A stretch of DNA of 64,000 nt from Rhynchobatus australiae (lineage: Eukaryota): positions 23,124,717 to 23,188,716 of the forward strand of contig JAUZTB010000070.1 of the NCBI GenBank assembly GCA_034780895.1. The letters are read 5' to 3'. The translations under genes and the position numbers were made by a program. This document shows, piece by piece, positions 25,813-37,505 of the stretch; position 1 is the stretch's first letter; every line of letters starts with the position of its first letter. A model generated the notes under the pieces. That model ran no database searches and was not told the origin of the DNA. It saw only the letters and a program-made list of their open reading frames with translations.

Positions 25813-28023
25813 CTGAAAAGCATGTAAATTTTGTTTCAAACATCACCAATTCCTCAAAGAATCATCTTTTCTTGCAGGCTAAATAGTTCAATAAGGTCAG
25901 GTTGAAAATTATAGCAACACCCTTTCTTGCATTCCACAGAAGTGCACATTTCCTTCAGAATGATTATAAATAATGGGAACAATCTTGCAACATTAAGGTA
26001 ATTTCCTAATCACTTCCTCATATATAATTCCACCATGTTTTAGTGAGTGAGAATGGCTTAATAGACCATCTGGTCTTTTCTTGCCCCAAGATAAAGTACA
26101 TTAGTGATAATTTAGGCTAACAACATAACGAACCATTGCTATGCTCCAACTTCTGCTTTGACACAAAGCAATTTTGAATGTTAACTGATGAGAAGCTTAG
26201 TCTGTGCTCTAAATTCCAATGTACTAAAGAATGCTAAATCATATCCTAGAGGGCAGCTCTTATAGTGTAGGTTTTATAGTCAGATAATTTAATGCCACAT
26301 TTAATAGGACTATATTAAATTTTTGTTGCTAGACACACAGAAGCTTCCATATTATAAACCATCACTTCAATAGTCTAAAAGCAACATTTCAAAAATAAAT
26401 GAGTTGTGAGTTTGTACATTTTCAAAAGCTAATTTTAAAATGATCTTAGTGCATTTGAAAATATATGGCTTTAAGAATTATCATTACTGGAGATAAATAC
26501 AGAGACAATGCTAAGGAAATTGCAGACTAGGAATATAGATTAAATTCTGAGATATTTTCAACTAATGAGCTTTTTATTTGTAACAAAGCCAAAATTTTTG
26601 AAAATCTTGTTCCTCTCTGCATGCCTTAATTTTGAGTTCCACTGCTTACAGTGATAGAACCACATGCATCCAAGTCACCAATAATTTCCTGCACCAAACT
26701 CATTCTCTCTCCTTGTACACCTCTTCAGTCCTTTATGGATGACCTATATTCCACAATACCATCCTTACTTCATTCCTTCCTTATCTATTCTCAAACAGTC
26801 AAATTCCACAATAATCTTTGCTCAATTTGGTCACCTTCAGCAATGCTCTTAACTGCATCTCAAGTCTCCTTCAATCCCTTATTTACCCATTATCTCTCGA
26901 TGGCATTTATTTACAAGTGTAGTCTCAGATTTCCTATGTACTATGATGAGCCTCAGTATTACCTTCCTGCCCACACCCTGCCCTATTGCTCTGAAGGATT
27001 AACCGTCAGGCATCCTCTCATTTAATATCACCAGGCCTAAAGTATTCTTTTTGGTTTTCGTCAGAAGCTCTGGCGTTGACCCTATTCAAAAGATACATGT
27101 TCAAACAGAACTCAACAGTGTTTAACTTTGGTATTCAGCTGCCTACTCATGTAATTTTATGTAAAACAACATGAATTTCACTGAGTACATAAATGGTCTA
27201 ATCTATCTTTGGCCTTCTTGTTCTTGAACAACCTTTTTCAGATATTGACAGAGAAACAGAATTAATTAGTTTGAAATTCTGTCCTCTCCCCCATCCCGCC
27301 CCCCCACAAAATAGGAAAATAACAGCCCCAATAATGGGAAATTTACAATTAGTTATTTTGTATTAACATCAAAACTATCACTGTAGTCCTCATCNNNNNN
27401 NNNNNNNNNNNNNNNNNNNNNNNNNNNNNNNNNNNNNNNNNNNNNNNNNNNNNNNNNNNNNNNNNNNNNNNNNNNNNNNNNNNNNNNNNNNNNNNNNNNN
27501 NNNNNNNNNNNNNNNNNNNNNNNNNNNNNNNNNNNNNNNNNNNNNNNNNNNNNNNNNNNNNNNNNNNNNNNNNNNNNNNNNNNNNNNNNNNNNNNNNNNN
27601 NNNNNNNNNNNNNNNNNNNNNNNNNNNNNNNNNNNNNNNNNNNNNNNNNNNNNNNNNNNNNNNNNNNNNNNNNNNNNNNNNNNNNNNNNNNNNNNNNNNN
27701 NNNNNNNNNNNNNNNNNNNNNNNNNNNNNNNNNNNNNNNNNNNNNNNNNNNNNNNNNNNNNNNNNNNNNNNNNNNNNNNNNNNNNNNNNNNNNNNNNNNN
27801 NNNNNNNNNNNCTACACTAAGGTTTATATTCGATTTTAGCTAACATTTCTCAAACTAATCTCTACATTCAAAATGGATAAAAACCAGGATAAGTTAATTT
27901 CCAATTCCTGGGCTGAATTCAAACTTAGGCCATTATACTACTACGCAACCCTTAACTCCTTCAAAATGCTTAAATTCTTCAGGATATTAATGTTAAGAAT
28001 CAGATAAAACTTATCTTTCATAC

Positions 28024-28191
28024 CTGTAACATAATGTCCACATACTCTTTATCATCCAGCAGGCAGAGATAAGGATAGAGGTTCATTTTCCAAGGACAAT
28101 TTCCATTGCCAGCCAAATGAAACTTGCATTCACGAAATGCCCGCAGAAGAGATTTTTGCCACTTGGCACGTAAATCTGCCAGACATTTCCG
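28024..28191 (-). CDS. POLRMT: POLRMT exon 7 (168 nt): RKCLADLRAKWQKSLLRAFRE...NLYPYLCLLDDKEYVDIMLQ
   Basis: aattag acceptor, CAG|GTATGA donor; LYPYLCLL motif. Confidence 0.95.
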
Positions 28192-28806
28192 CTAATTTTA
28201 ACCAATATAATTTCAGTTAGTGCTCATCAAGACAAATAAATAACAGGTATAAAACACACTTTGTTTTTCAAGGCAATTAACTATTATACAAGTTGATGCA
28301 TTTGCATCAGTTATCACACAAATTTAAAGTCCGCAATACAAATGTACTACTCTTCCTGAACCTTAACAGAGGCAGAGTAATAAGACGATGATGTTTTTCA
28401 AATGTCAGATTAAAAAAGTAATAATTACCTGGAGATTAATTATAAATTATGGATTTAATTACTGAATATTCAATTGCACTCAAGGATTTAGAAAAGGGAT
28501 CAAAATTAAATCTAACGTAATCACTTTACTTTTAATATTTTGTGCCCAAATGCCATCCTAAAAATGAATGAATTAAGAGCTTAAAGACCTGATGAGCCAT
28601 TTTCCACAGTGATAGTTGAAAGCAGCTCCACAAACACCATGATCTCCAAGATTATCATTAGTAAAGAGCAACAGCACTTAGGCCACACAAAACATTTAAT
28701 TTCTTTTTCTTTAATGTCAGACAACTAGACCAAGATCCAAATGTAAAAACTACTTCCTATTTTCTCTGCTTCATCATTATGTCTGAATGCTTAAAAGCAC
28801 AGGTAC

Positions 28807-28956
28807 CATTCTTTTCATCTTCTCTGTAATGGGCTTTGTTACTTCAACAGAGTCAATAGCAATAGTATCTGCTTGCTCCTTCTTTAGCTGTCTGTCAAAT
28901 CTCTCCTTCAGTTCTGTAAGGTAGAGATCCAATTTGGGGTATTTGATTGGCCCAAC
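28807..28956 (-). CDS. POLRMT: POLRMT exon 6 (150 nt): VGPIKYPKLDLYLTELKERFDRQLKKEQADTIAIDSVEVTKPITEKMKRM
   Basis: ttttag acceptor, ATG|GTACCT donor; YPKL...F.RQL..E...SVE pattern of POLRMT. Confidence 0.93.
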
Positions 28957-29343
28957 CTAAAATAAAGCACAATGCTTAATCAGTACAATCTCTTAATGGT
29001 ATTACTTATTCATCAGGATGTGTTAGCCTAATATATATGGTACTAGTCACCCAAAGGTTATAAAGTCAATTAAAAAATTCTGGTTATTTTGCAGACAAGC
29101 AACTGGAGAATACTATTCACTTAGCAATGTGAATACTAAATTATAATAGTCACTCCATGACTGTAAATGTTGCCACCATTGTCATTTTTTTTAATCTCTA
29201 GAATTACAACTGTATATATTATCCAAGCCTTGTGATAAATGTTTGCATAAAGGTTAAAACAATAATACCAATTAATGCTACATAAATACTGGATTATGCT
29301 TTTGAATGTCTGCACTTCATTTTGCCATGCAAACTGTAGGAAT

Positions 29344-30545
29344 GGACCATAAGACATAGGAGCAGAATTAGGCCATTCGATCATGGCTGATTTATTTTTC
29401 CCTCTCAACCCCATTCTCTTGCCTTGTCCCCAAAACCTTTGATGCCCTTACCAATCAAGAAACTATCAACCTCCGCTACAACTATATCCAAGGACTTGGC
29501 CTCCACAGCTGTCTGTGGCAATGAATTCCACAGATTTACCACCCTCTGGCTAAAGAAATTCCTCCATCTCAGTTCTAAAGGGACGTCCTTCTACCCTGAG
29601 GCTGTGCCCACTGGTCCTAGACTCTCCCACTACTGGAAACATCCTCTCCACGTTCACTCTATCCAGGTCTTTCAATATTCGGTAGATTTCAATGCGNNNN
29701 NNNNNNNNNNNNNNNNNNNNNNNNNNNNNNNNNNNNNNNNNNNNNNNNNNNNNNNNNNNNNNNNNNNNNNNNNNNNNNNNNNNNNNNNNNNNNNNNTCCA
29801 GTGAGTACAGGCCCAGAGCCATCAAATGCACCTCATACATTAACCCTTTCATTCCAGAGATCATTCTTGTAAAGATCTTCTGGACCCTCTCCAATGCCAA
29901 CATATCCTTCTTTAGATATGGAGCTCAAAACTGCTCAGAATGCCCCAAATGCGGTCTGACCAATGCCTTATAAAGCCTCAGCATTACATTCTTGTTTTTA
30001 TATTCTGGTCCTCTCGAGCTGAATGCTAACATTGCATTTGCCTTCCTTACTACTGACTCAACCTGCAAGTTAATCTTTAGGGAATCCTCCACTGGGACTC
30101 CCAAATCCCTTTGCACCTCTAATTTCTGAATTCGGTCCCCATTTAGAAAATAGTCTATGCCTTTATTCCTTTTATCAAATAGCATGACCATACACTTCCC
30201 TGTGCTGTATTCCATCTGCCACTTATTTGCCCATTCTCCCAACCTGTTCAAGTCTTTCTGCAGACTGCCTGCTTCCTCAACACTACCTTCTCCTCCACCT
30301 ATCTTTGTTTCATCCACAAACTTGGCCACAAAGCTATCAATTCCATCATCCAGATCATTAACATATAACGTGAAAAGTAGCAGACCCAACACCAACCCCT
30401 GCAGAACACCACTTGTCACCAGCAGCCAACCAGAAAAGGCCCCTTTTATTCCCACCCTTTGCCTTCTTCCAGTCAGCCAATCCTCTCTCCATGCTGGAAC
30501 CTTTCCTGTAATACCATGGGTTCTTATCTTGTTCAGCAGCCTCAT
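29344..30545 (-). mobile_element. Relatively young 5'-truncated CR1 LINE (RT C-terminal half plus 3' UTR)
   Basis: 208-aa ORF with SGVLQGLVLG, YVNDLD, KFVDETK (FADDTK), ERVQKIFTRMI; ccataagacatagg tail. Confidence 0.93.
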
Positions 30546-31823
30546 GCCCATGGAGGGCTGTATTCTAAAACATCAAAGAGGTTGATGAAGTAAAAATTTC
30601 ATGACACAGCCCAACTTCAGCCTGCTTCTTAACTGCAGTTAGCAGCCAAATACAAATTGCCTTACATGAGCTGTGGAGTTGTTTCAGAAACTATTTCACT
30701 CTGAGAATACGAAATTACTTAGGGGGCACTTACCAATCTATACTTTATAAAGCTGCATTTAAAGTACCTCAGTGATAAATAATTGTTTGTACTAGACATT
30801 AACTAGCACTTAATTTAAGAGCAATAAACTAGTAAAATAGTTTGAATGTGGTGACCCTAACACACCTATTTGGTGATGAATCGATCCTGAACTACTCTCT
30901 AGAGAGCAATACAATCTGGGCTGCTGACCTTCAGTATTCCCTTTTGGAACAAAATACTTTAAACATGTTTTACAATATTTCATTCAAACAATTCACCAGG
31001 TGAATTATAATATCTTGGAGATAACCAGTACAGTTAATCTATTTCTTTCCCTAACAGGTATAAATAAAAGTTTTGAGGAACACAATAAACACCAGATATG
31101 GTAACAATGTTTGCACATTCAACAGAAAGCATGTTTTCAAAATACATAATCTGTAATTGGTATTACAATAATGTTACTTTGAAAATGCTTTCTGACAACA
31201 GAGCAACATGTTCATACATTAAACATTATGATTATACAATTCAACTTTACAAAGCTACTCTAAAAGAAGAGTGCAGCCTTTACTATTAAATAAATTAATA
31301 GTATTGAAATTTCAGAGCGATTTTTTCAGCAATGGTTTGTCATTTTGGACAGCACTCTGATTTTAAAATGCTCCACAGATCTTTAGTTGGTGGTGGTGTC
31401 ATTGCCAATGGCCTGCAGGTTATCAATTAAGAACCTGTTTGCTGGTCCATCATAGACACAAAACAATTTAACATTTCCTGTCCAGCAGATGATAAAGAGC
31501 CATAGTTGCCCTTTTGACCAAACACAAACTAACTCTTCTGATAATGCAGGGCTATTTGAGCAATGATATTTGCCACAAACTGGCAAAATAAATATATAAT
31601 TGAGAGCAACATCACTAAGAAGTTGCAAGACAGATTTCAGTAAACAGGTTTTAGTTCTTAGCTACATTACAGGAGAGCCATCAATTACTGACTTTATGTC
31701 CATCATTATTAATAATCAAGACATTCAAAGTACAGATTAAATATGATTACTAATTACAATTCTGTCTGGAAAATTAATCTGGTAGAAATTCTTTTCCCTG
31801 TAGCAGCATTCTCTCTTCCATAC

Positions 31824-32010
31824 CTCTGAATAAAAATGTGACACCAATGGAGACTGGCAGACTTGTGCTTCAGATTCAGAAAAGAGCTGGAAATTGGGGT
31901 TTACAACACGAATGGCTTTCACTACCATTTCTCTTTCATCTTTATGGAATACAGCAGTTTTAAACATATCTTGAATCCTGAAGCCATTTTTCTCCAGCTG
32001 TTGAATACAC
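31824..32010 (-). CDS. POLRMT: POLRMT exon 5 (187 nt): CIQQLEKNGFRIQDMFKTAVFHKDEREMVVKAI...SHFYSE
   Basis: tcctag acceptor, GAG|GTATGG donor; phase 2 to 0 fits both neighbours. Confidence 0.93.
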
Positions 32011-33493
32011 CTAGGAATATAATTTCATACAGATAATGAGTAACCTTATAATTGAAAAGATATTGTAGAAAAATTTAATTGTCAAGAGTCAGGCTGTCCT
32101 CTTTATGTAACGTACTGTTCAATCCATAAATTCTTGGACATTTTAATCAGTCTTCATAACATACAAGCATAAATATCATCGCTGTGAAAACAAATGTCTG
32201 GAGAGTTTTTTACTCAAATTCTTCTGTTAGTCTACATTTAAAATTATGATGGACAATATTACCTCTGGCATTNNNNNNNNNNNNNNNNNNNNNNNNNNNN
32301 NNNNNNNNNNNNNNNNNNNNNNNNNNNNNNNNNNNNNNNNNNNNNNNNNNNNNNNNNNNNNNNNNNNNNNNNTAGGAGGAGCCAAAATCACAGACTCCAA
32401 CTGAGAAATGTCGCCAGGATCTGTTATTAACAAACAAAGTATCCACAGAAAACTCCTAAAGGACGCACTGGAGTTGACACCACACAGGTGTAAGTCATAC
32501 AACCTTTGTAAAGTGACTTATATAGATGAAGTGGACCAGATAGAAGTCTGCTTCATTTGGTAGTATTATCACCCAAAGGTTGATAGATTGTGGGTATTAG
32601 CCTACTAAGCACGGTCTGATTCAGAATCTAAGCAGATATTTCATTGCAGTACTGAGAGTGTACTGCCCTGTGGAAGTGCCAGTCTTTGGAAGAAATATAG
32701 GGCTAAAGGATTGACACAATATGAAAAACAGAAAGATTTCTCATTGTTCTGGCAAGATTTCACCTTCAACTAACATCAAAGAAGGTGAAGATCATTCTTT
32801 TTATAGCTATTTATGGGAAGTTGTTATACACAGGAATATTTCAACTCCACAAGAGTTAATGTACTTTAAGAACCATGAAGCATTTTGAGACACTTAAATG
32901 CAATAAGGTACTATCAACATTTGGAAAGAAACAGTTAATTTTTTTTTACAGCCATTGNNNNNNNNNNNNNNNNNNNNNNNNNNNNNNNNNNNNNNNNNNN
33001 NNNNNNNNNNNNNNNNNNNNNNNNNNNNNNNNNNNNNNNNNNNNNNNNNNNNNNNNNGTTGTAAAACACTGCAAACCTGATTCTGGAGGAATTTCACACT
33101 TGGACCTTAATTGCAATAATGTCATTGCAATTACAAGATGGTACTGTGAATTTTACTCTGCAGAGCACATATCTTACTATAGCTGTGAAGGAGAAGGCTG
33201 GTTTTTGGACACAACAGTTTGGACACAAATCTTTGTTCAAACCTTTTTGATCGGGTTTCAGTGCAATCAATCAAAAACATCATCTTTAATGATTGCAGCA
33301 ATGATGTACTATTACTCAAGTGCTTATTGTTCTGAGTTGGATTGTGTTTGCTTTGTACTATTTTCACCTATAAGGTTCCAGCTTCTTGTGTGTTACTTTT
33401 CTTCCTTGTGCTGATCTGTTATCTCTTGGGTACGTAAGGATTCACCTTTGTCCCATCTTAATTTACATCGACATGCTGCTCTTCAGTGACATG

Positions 33494-33575
33494 TCCTGAT
33501 ATATATCAGGAACCTGTCTTCTGAAGACAGGTTCCTGATATATAATAACAATTCCTGATATATAATAACAATTCC
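33494..33575. repeat. Compound palindrome, hairpin and tandem repeat
   Basis: 18-bp palindrome 33494-33511; 22-bp perfect inverted arms 33500-33521/33523-33544; 20-bp unit twice at 33532-33571. Confidence 0.95.
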
Positions 33576-35859
33576 CAGCACTATTGTACCGCCCCAGCTC
33601 TCCTGACCACTCCACTGTGTATGTTTTAACACTTCAGCACTGGAAAAGATTGAAATAATGATCAAAGTATCTGTCAGTGTCTACACACTACTCTTTGCTT
33701 ATGCGACCATAGGGGCAGAAGACCATTCAGCTTTGTGAGCTGCTCCACCATTCATTATTATCGTGGCTAATCCTCTACTTTGTCACCATCTTCCCCCCTT
33801 CCCCCTCGATGCCTGTTGTGATGAGAAATCTATCTACCTCAAATATTCAGATGACTCCACCATCACCTGTGGTAGAGAATTCCACAGGTTCACTGCCCTC
33901 TGAGTGAAGAAATTTCTGTGAAATCAAATTGCTTGACCAACAGGATCTGAATAAACTACAAATTCATCCAGTTATTGGGAAGAACAAATGCAAGAAATAC
34001 ACCATCACACAAAAAAACTAGATGCTCAAATAGGGCTGTGCAGGTACCCGTGTCAATTTACTTAGGGGCGGCCAGGGAGTGATTTACATGTGTGCTTGTC
34101 ATGTGAGACATCATGTGGATATGTCAGATTTTTTGTGTATTTGCATACATTAACCATGGGAAATTCTAAGAGTACCCATGCCCTAAATCACAAGCATGAA
34201 CTACAAACTCCCTAAAGCCCTTCAACTCACTTTACTTTTTTTAGATCTTCCTTAAATTACCTCTTTGATCAAGGTTTTAGTCAGCTAGTTAATATCTCAT
34301 TTGATTCCCCATCTGCTTCACAAAATAGGTTGTCGTATGGCCACACCATTTCTTGAGGACAGACCTGTAGATAACTCTGAGCAAAGGAGTGGTTGCTAGA
34401 GTGTAAACTTTTACACCACAGGATCTCTTCAAGCCCACAGGCATGGCACCCACTTATCAAGTTCAGTGGCCAATAGATGAAAAAAGAGAATAGCAGAGGT
34501 CATTCTTCCAAAGTTACAGTATCTTCTTACTATTCCAGTGGAAAAGAGGCACCAGTTTTGGTGGGCACTAAATAGTTCCAAGATGTCAAGGTTTGTAAGC
34601 ATAAGCCCCATTATTAACATCCTAGGATTTACCATTGAATACAAGCTCAAATGAATCAACTTTTAAACACTGTGGGTACAGAGCCTATTAAAGGTTGGGT
34701 AACCTGCGTTGAGTGACTCACTTCCTGACACCCCAATTACAAGGGACAAATCAACAGCATCTTCTTGCCCGGATGAGCACAGCTATATATTTAAGAATCT
34801 CAACATCATTCAGCCCAAAGGATCCTACTTGATTAGCTCTCCATCCACAAATTAACTGTTCATTCTCTCCAGCATCAGTGCACCTTGGTTGCAGTGATTG
34901 CGAGCCACAAAATTTATTGCAGTTATCCAGAATACCTTCCTATGTCAATATTAAAACATGAACAAGATCATGGATGAATGCTAATGTCAAACACAATATA
35001 TCAGGACTCGCTGAGGTGTGGTTCGGTGACAGTCCTGTGGTACCTTGATTCTTGCATCACCTGCTACAAGCCCAGTCTGACATGTGTGCCTATCAGACCT
35101 TGGACAGCACAGTCAGGGCTGATATCAATGAACACCCTTGACAATTAACACTGAAGTGTCTCCATCTCACTTGGGAGTACATTTTTATTCTTCTTTCAAA
35201 CAGAAGAATTTAACAACCAGGGTGGACGTAGGGGCTAACTAACAGTAGGTTTACCCCGACTTAATCAAAGCTCACTGAATGACAACTGTACCAGCCCCTG
35301 CCATGGGTTTGACAGAGATCAGCCAACAAAGGACAAATGTTCCGCTTTCCCAGTCTGAGTTTTAACAGACACCATTGGGCAGCTCTGTGTAATTACATTC
35401 TGTGGCATAAGTTAGTAATTATGATTTCGTTACCAGCCATAACCTTTCTCAAAATCTGGAACCTTTTAATTGGACATGCAGTCAAATTAAATTTGCTTTT
35501 GTGAGCATTTATTAATATTAGGTTTATTTTGCTACTTCACTCTTTACAAATTTATAAAAATCACAAGGAAATGTAGATAATCATATTTAATTTGCTGAGT
35601 CACTGCCCAGCATGTTAATCACAAACACCTAGTTGCTGCTGAGCCTGAACACTGTTTTCTGCGCAATGTGAATCTCTAGTTTGGCTTAACATTTCACAAA
35701 TACACATCAGATAGTGTGGGAAATGGATGCTTCCAACATTAGCACGAATATATTACATAAGTAGTATTCTACTTAAAATGAGGTTGAACAAATTGTGGAT
35801 CCTACAATATCAAGCTTCTTCTGAGTGAAGCTTTTGTTATAGATCAAAAGGTAGAGACC

Positions 35860-36140
35860 ATTTGAGCTTCAAAACTAGAAAATGCTAGAGATAGCAGCAT
35901 TTGTGGAAAGAGGAACAGAGTTAATGTTTCACGGCGATAACCTTTCAAGAGATCTTTATGATTGGGTGAACAGGTTTCAAGCCCCAGGAATGAGCAACAG
36001 GGAGGCCAGATATCTGGATAACATTTTAATGGAAGATCCTTGACCTGAAACATTAACTCTGTTTCTCCCCAGATGCTCCCTAACCTGCTAATTTCAAATT
36101 TACAGTTTCCCCAACTGTTTCTTTTGCTTTTTGATTACAG
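35860..36140. mobile_element. Fold-back Penelope pLTR-derived remnant
   Basis: gcagcatttgtggaaagaggaacagagttaatgtttc ... gacctgaaacattaactctgtttctc..cagatgct inverted arms. Confidence 0.6.
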
Positions 36141-36879
36141 CACGCTGAAAAATAATTGTGGGTCCTAGTTTACTAAAGAAAATTTTCTGCAATATCAAAC
36201 TTTATTGCATTCTTCTTTGAAGCCTTAAGTAAAATATAGTAGGTAATCAATATTTTTAGAACATTGTTGCACTGCAGCATGGGTCCATTCTTGTTTAGGA
36301 TCTCGTTTAAAAATTTGTTTAGGATCTAAACTCCAATAAAAAGGATGCCAAGAACTTGCATCCACCTGTCAAGCACTTTGAAAGGTTTGCAAGGATTAGA
36401 CCAGAAGATAAAGACATGTTATGTTTGGCACTAAGCTTTCAAACAAAAAGGCCGCAGCTTCAAGTCCCATTCTCCACTAAGTATGCGAGCCACAGGTGGA
36501 TCACAGGCACTACAAATCAGTCAGCATTCCTATTGGTCCATACTGGAAGATACATGGGACGAGGATGAGGTGAAACTTGATGCCAAATTGCCTATGAACA
36601 CTTACTACCTAGCTAGCCTACAGATGCATGTTTATTTGCGTAGGTCCCCCAGAATAACTGTGTTCAATTGATCAACTGTAGAGAGGAGGAAAAAAAAGAG
36701 AAAAGTTTGCAAATGGCAGATTCTTTTTTAAATTTGTTTAGCTATTAATGACAACCAAAAATTGCAAATTGTTATACTNNNNNNNNNNAACATTTTGCAA
36801 AAAAACCTTCCATCAAACAGCTTACTACTTAAAAGTTTTGGGTACCTCCCACAATAGTAATAGTACTAGCAGAGGCACC

Positions 36880-37505
36880 GTAAGACCATAAGATATATGA
36901 GCAGAATTTGGCGATTCGGCCCATCGAGTCTGCTCTGCCAGTCAATCAAGGCTGATTTTTAAAAAATCTCATTCTCCTGCCTTCTCCCCGGAACTCTTAA
37001 ACCCCTTAACAATCAAGAACCTATCAATTTCTGCCTTAAATACACCCAATGACTTGACCGCCAATGTCCTTAGTGGGAATGAATTCCATAGATTTACCAC
37101 CCTGGAAACAGAAATAAAACCTCTGGAGAATCACATCCAATCACAAATCGGGAGAGAGATAAGCATCAAGTGTGTTCACAAAGCTGAAGCAGTTCCTACT
37201 CATCTCAGTTTTAAAGGGATGCCCCTTTAGTCTGAGGCTGTGCCCTCAGACCCCAGACTTTCCCACTAATGGGAACATCCTCTCCACGTCCACTCTATCC
37301 AGACCCTTCAATATTTGGTAGCTTTCAATGAGACCCTTCCTCATACTTCTGAACTCCAAGTACAGGCCCAGAGCCGTCAAACATTCCTCATACGTTAAGC
37401 CTTTCATTCCAGGGATCATTCTTGTGAACGTCTGCTGGACCCTCTCCAGGACCAACACATCCTTCTTTACATGCAGGACCCAAAATTGCTCACAATATTC
37501 TAAAT
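36880..37505 (-). mobile_element. CR1 LINE 3' fragment with about 80-bp internal insertion (37105-37185)
   Basis: KKDVLVLERVQQTFTRMIPGMKGLTYEE ORF; taagaccataagat tail; same family as the 29344 copy. Confidence 0.85.

Noticed and set aside
32875-33414. Possible nested gene ORF in intron 4; also a minus-strand open stretch at 43090-43215
   Set aside because: Spans a gap or lacks paired splice sites, has no recognisable domain, and partly overlaps SINE debris.
34031-34185. Possible hAT-like MITE with TAGGGC...GCCCTA ends
   Set aside because: The terminal match is short and there is no 8-bp target-site duplication.
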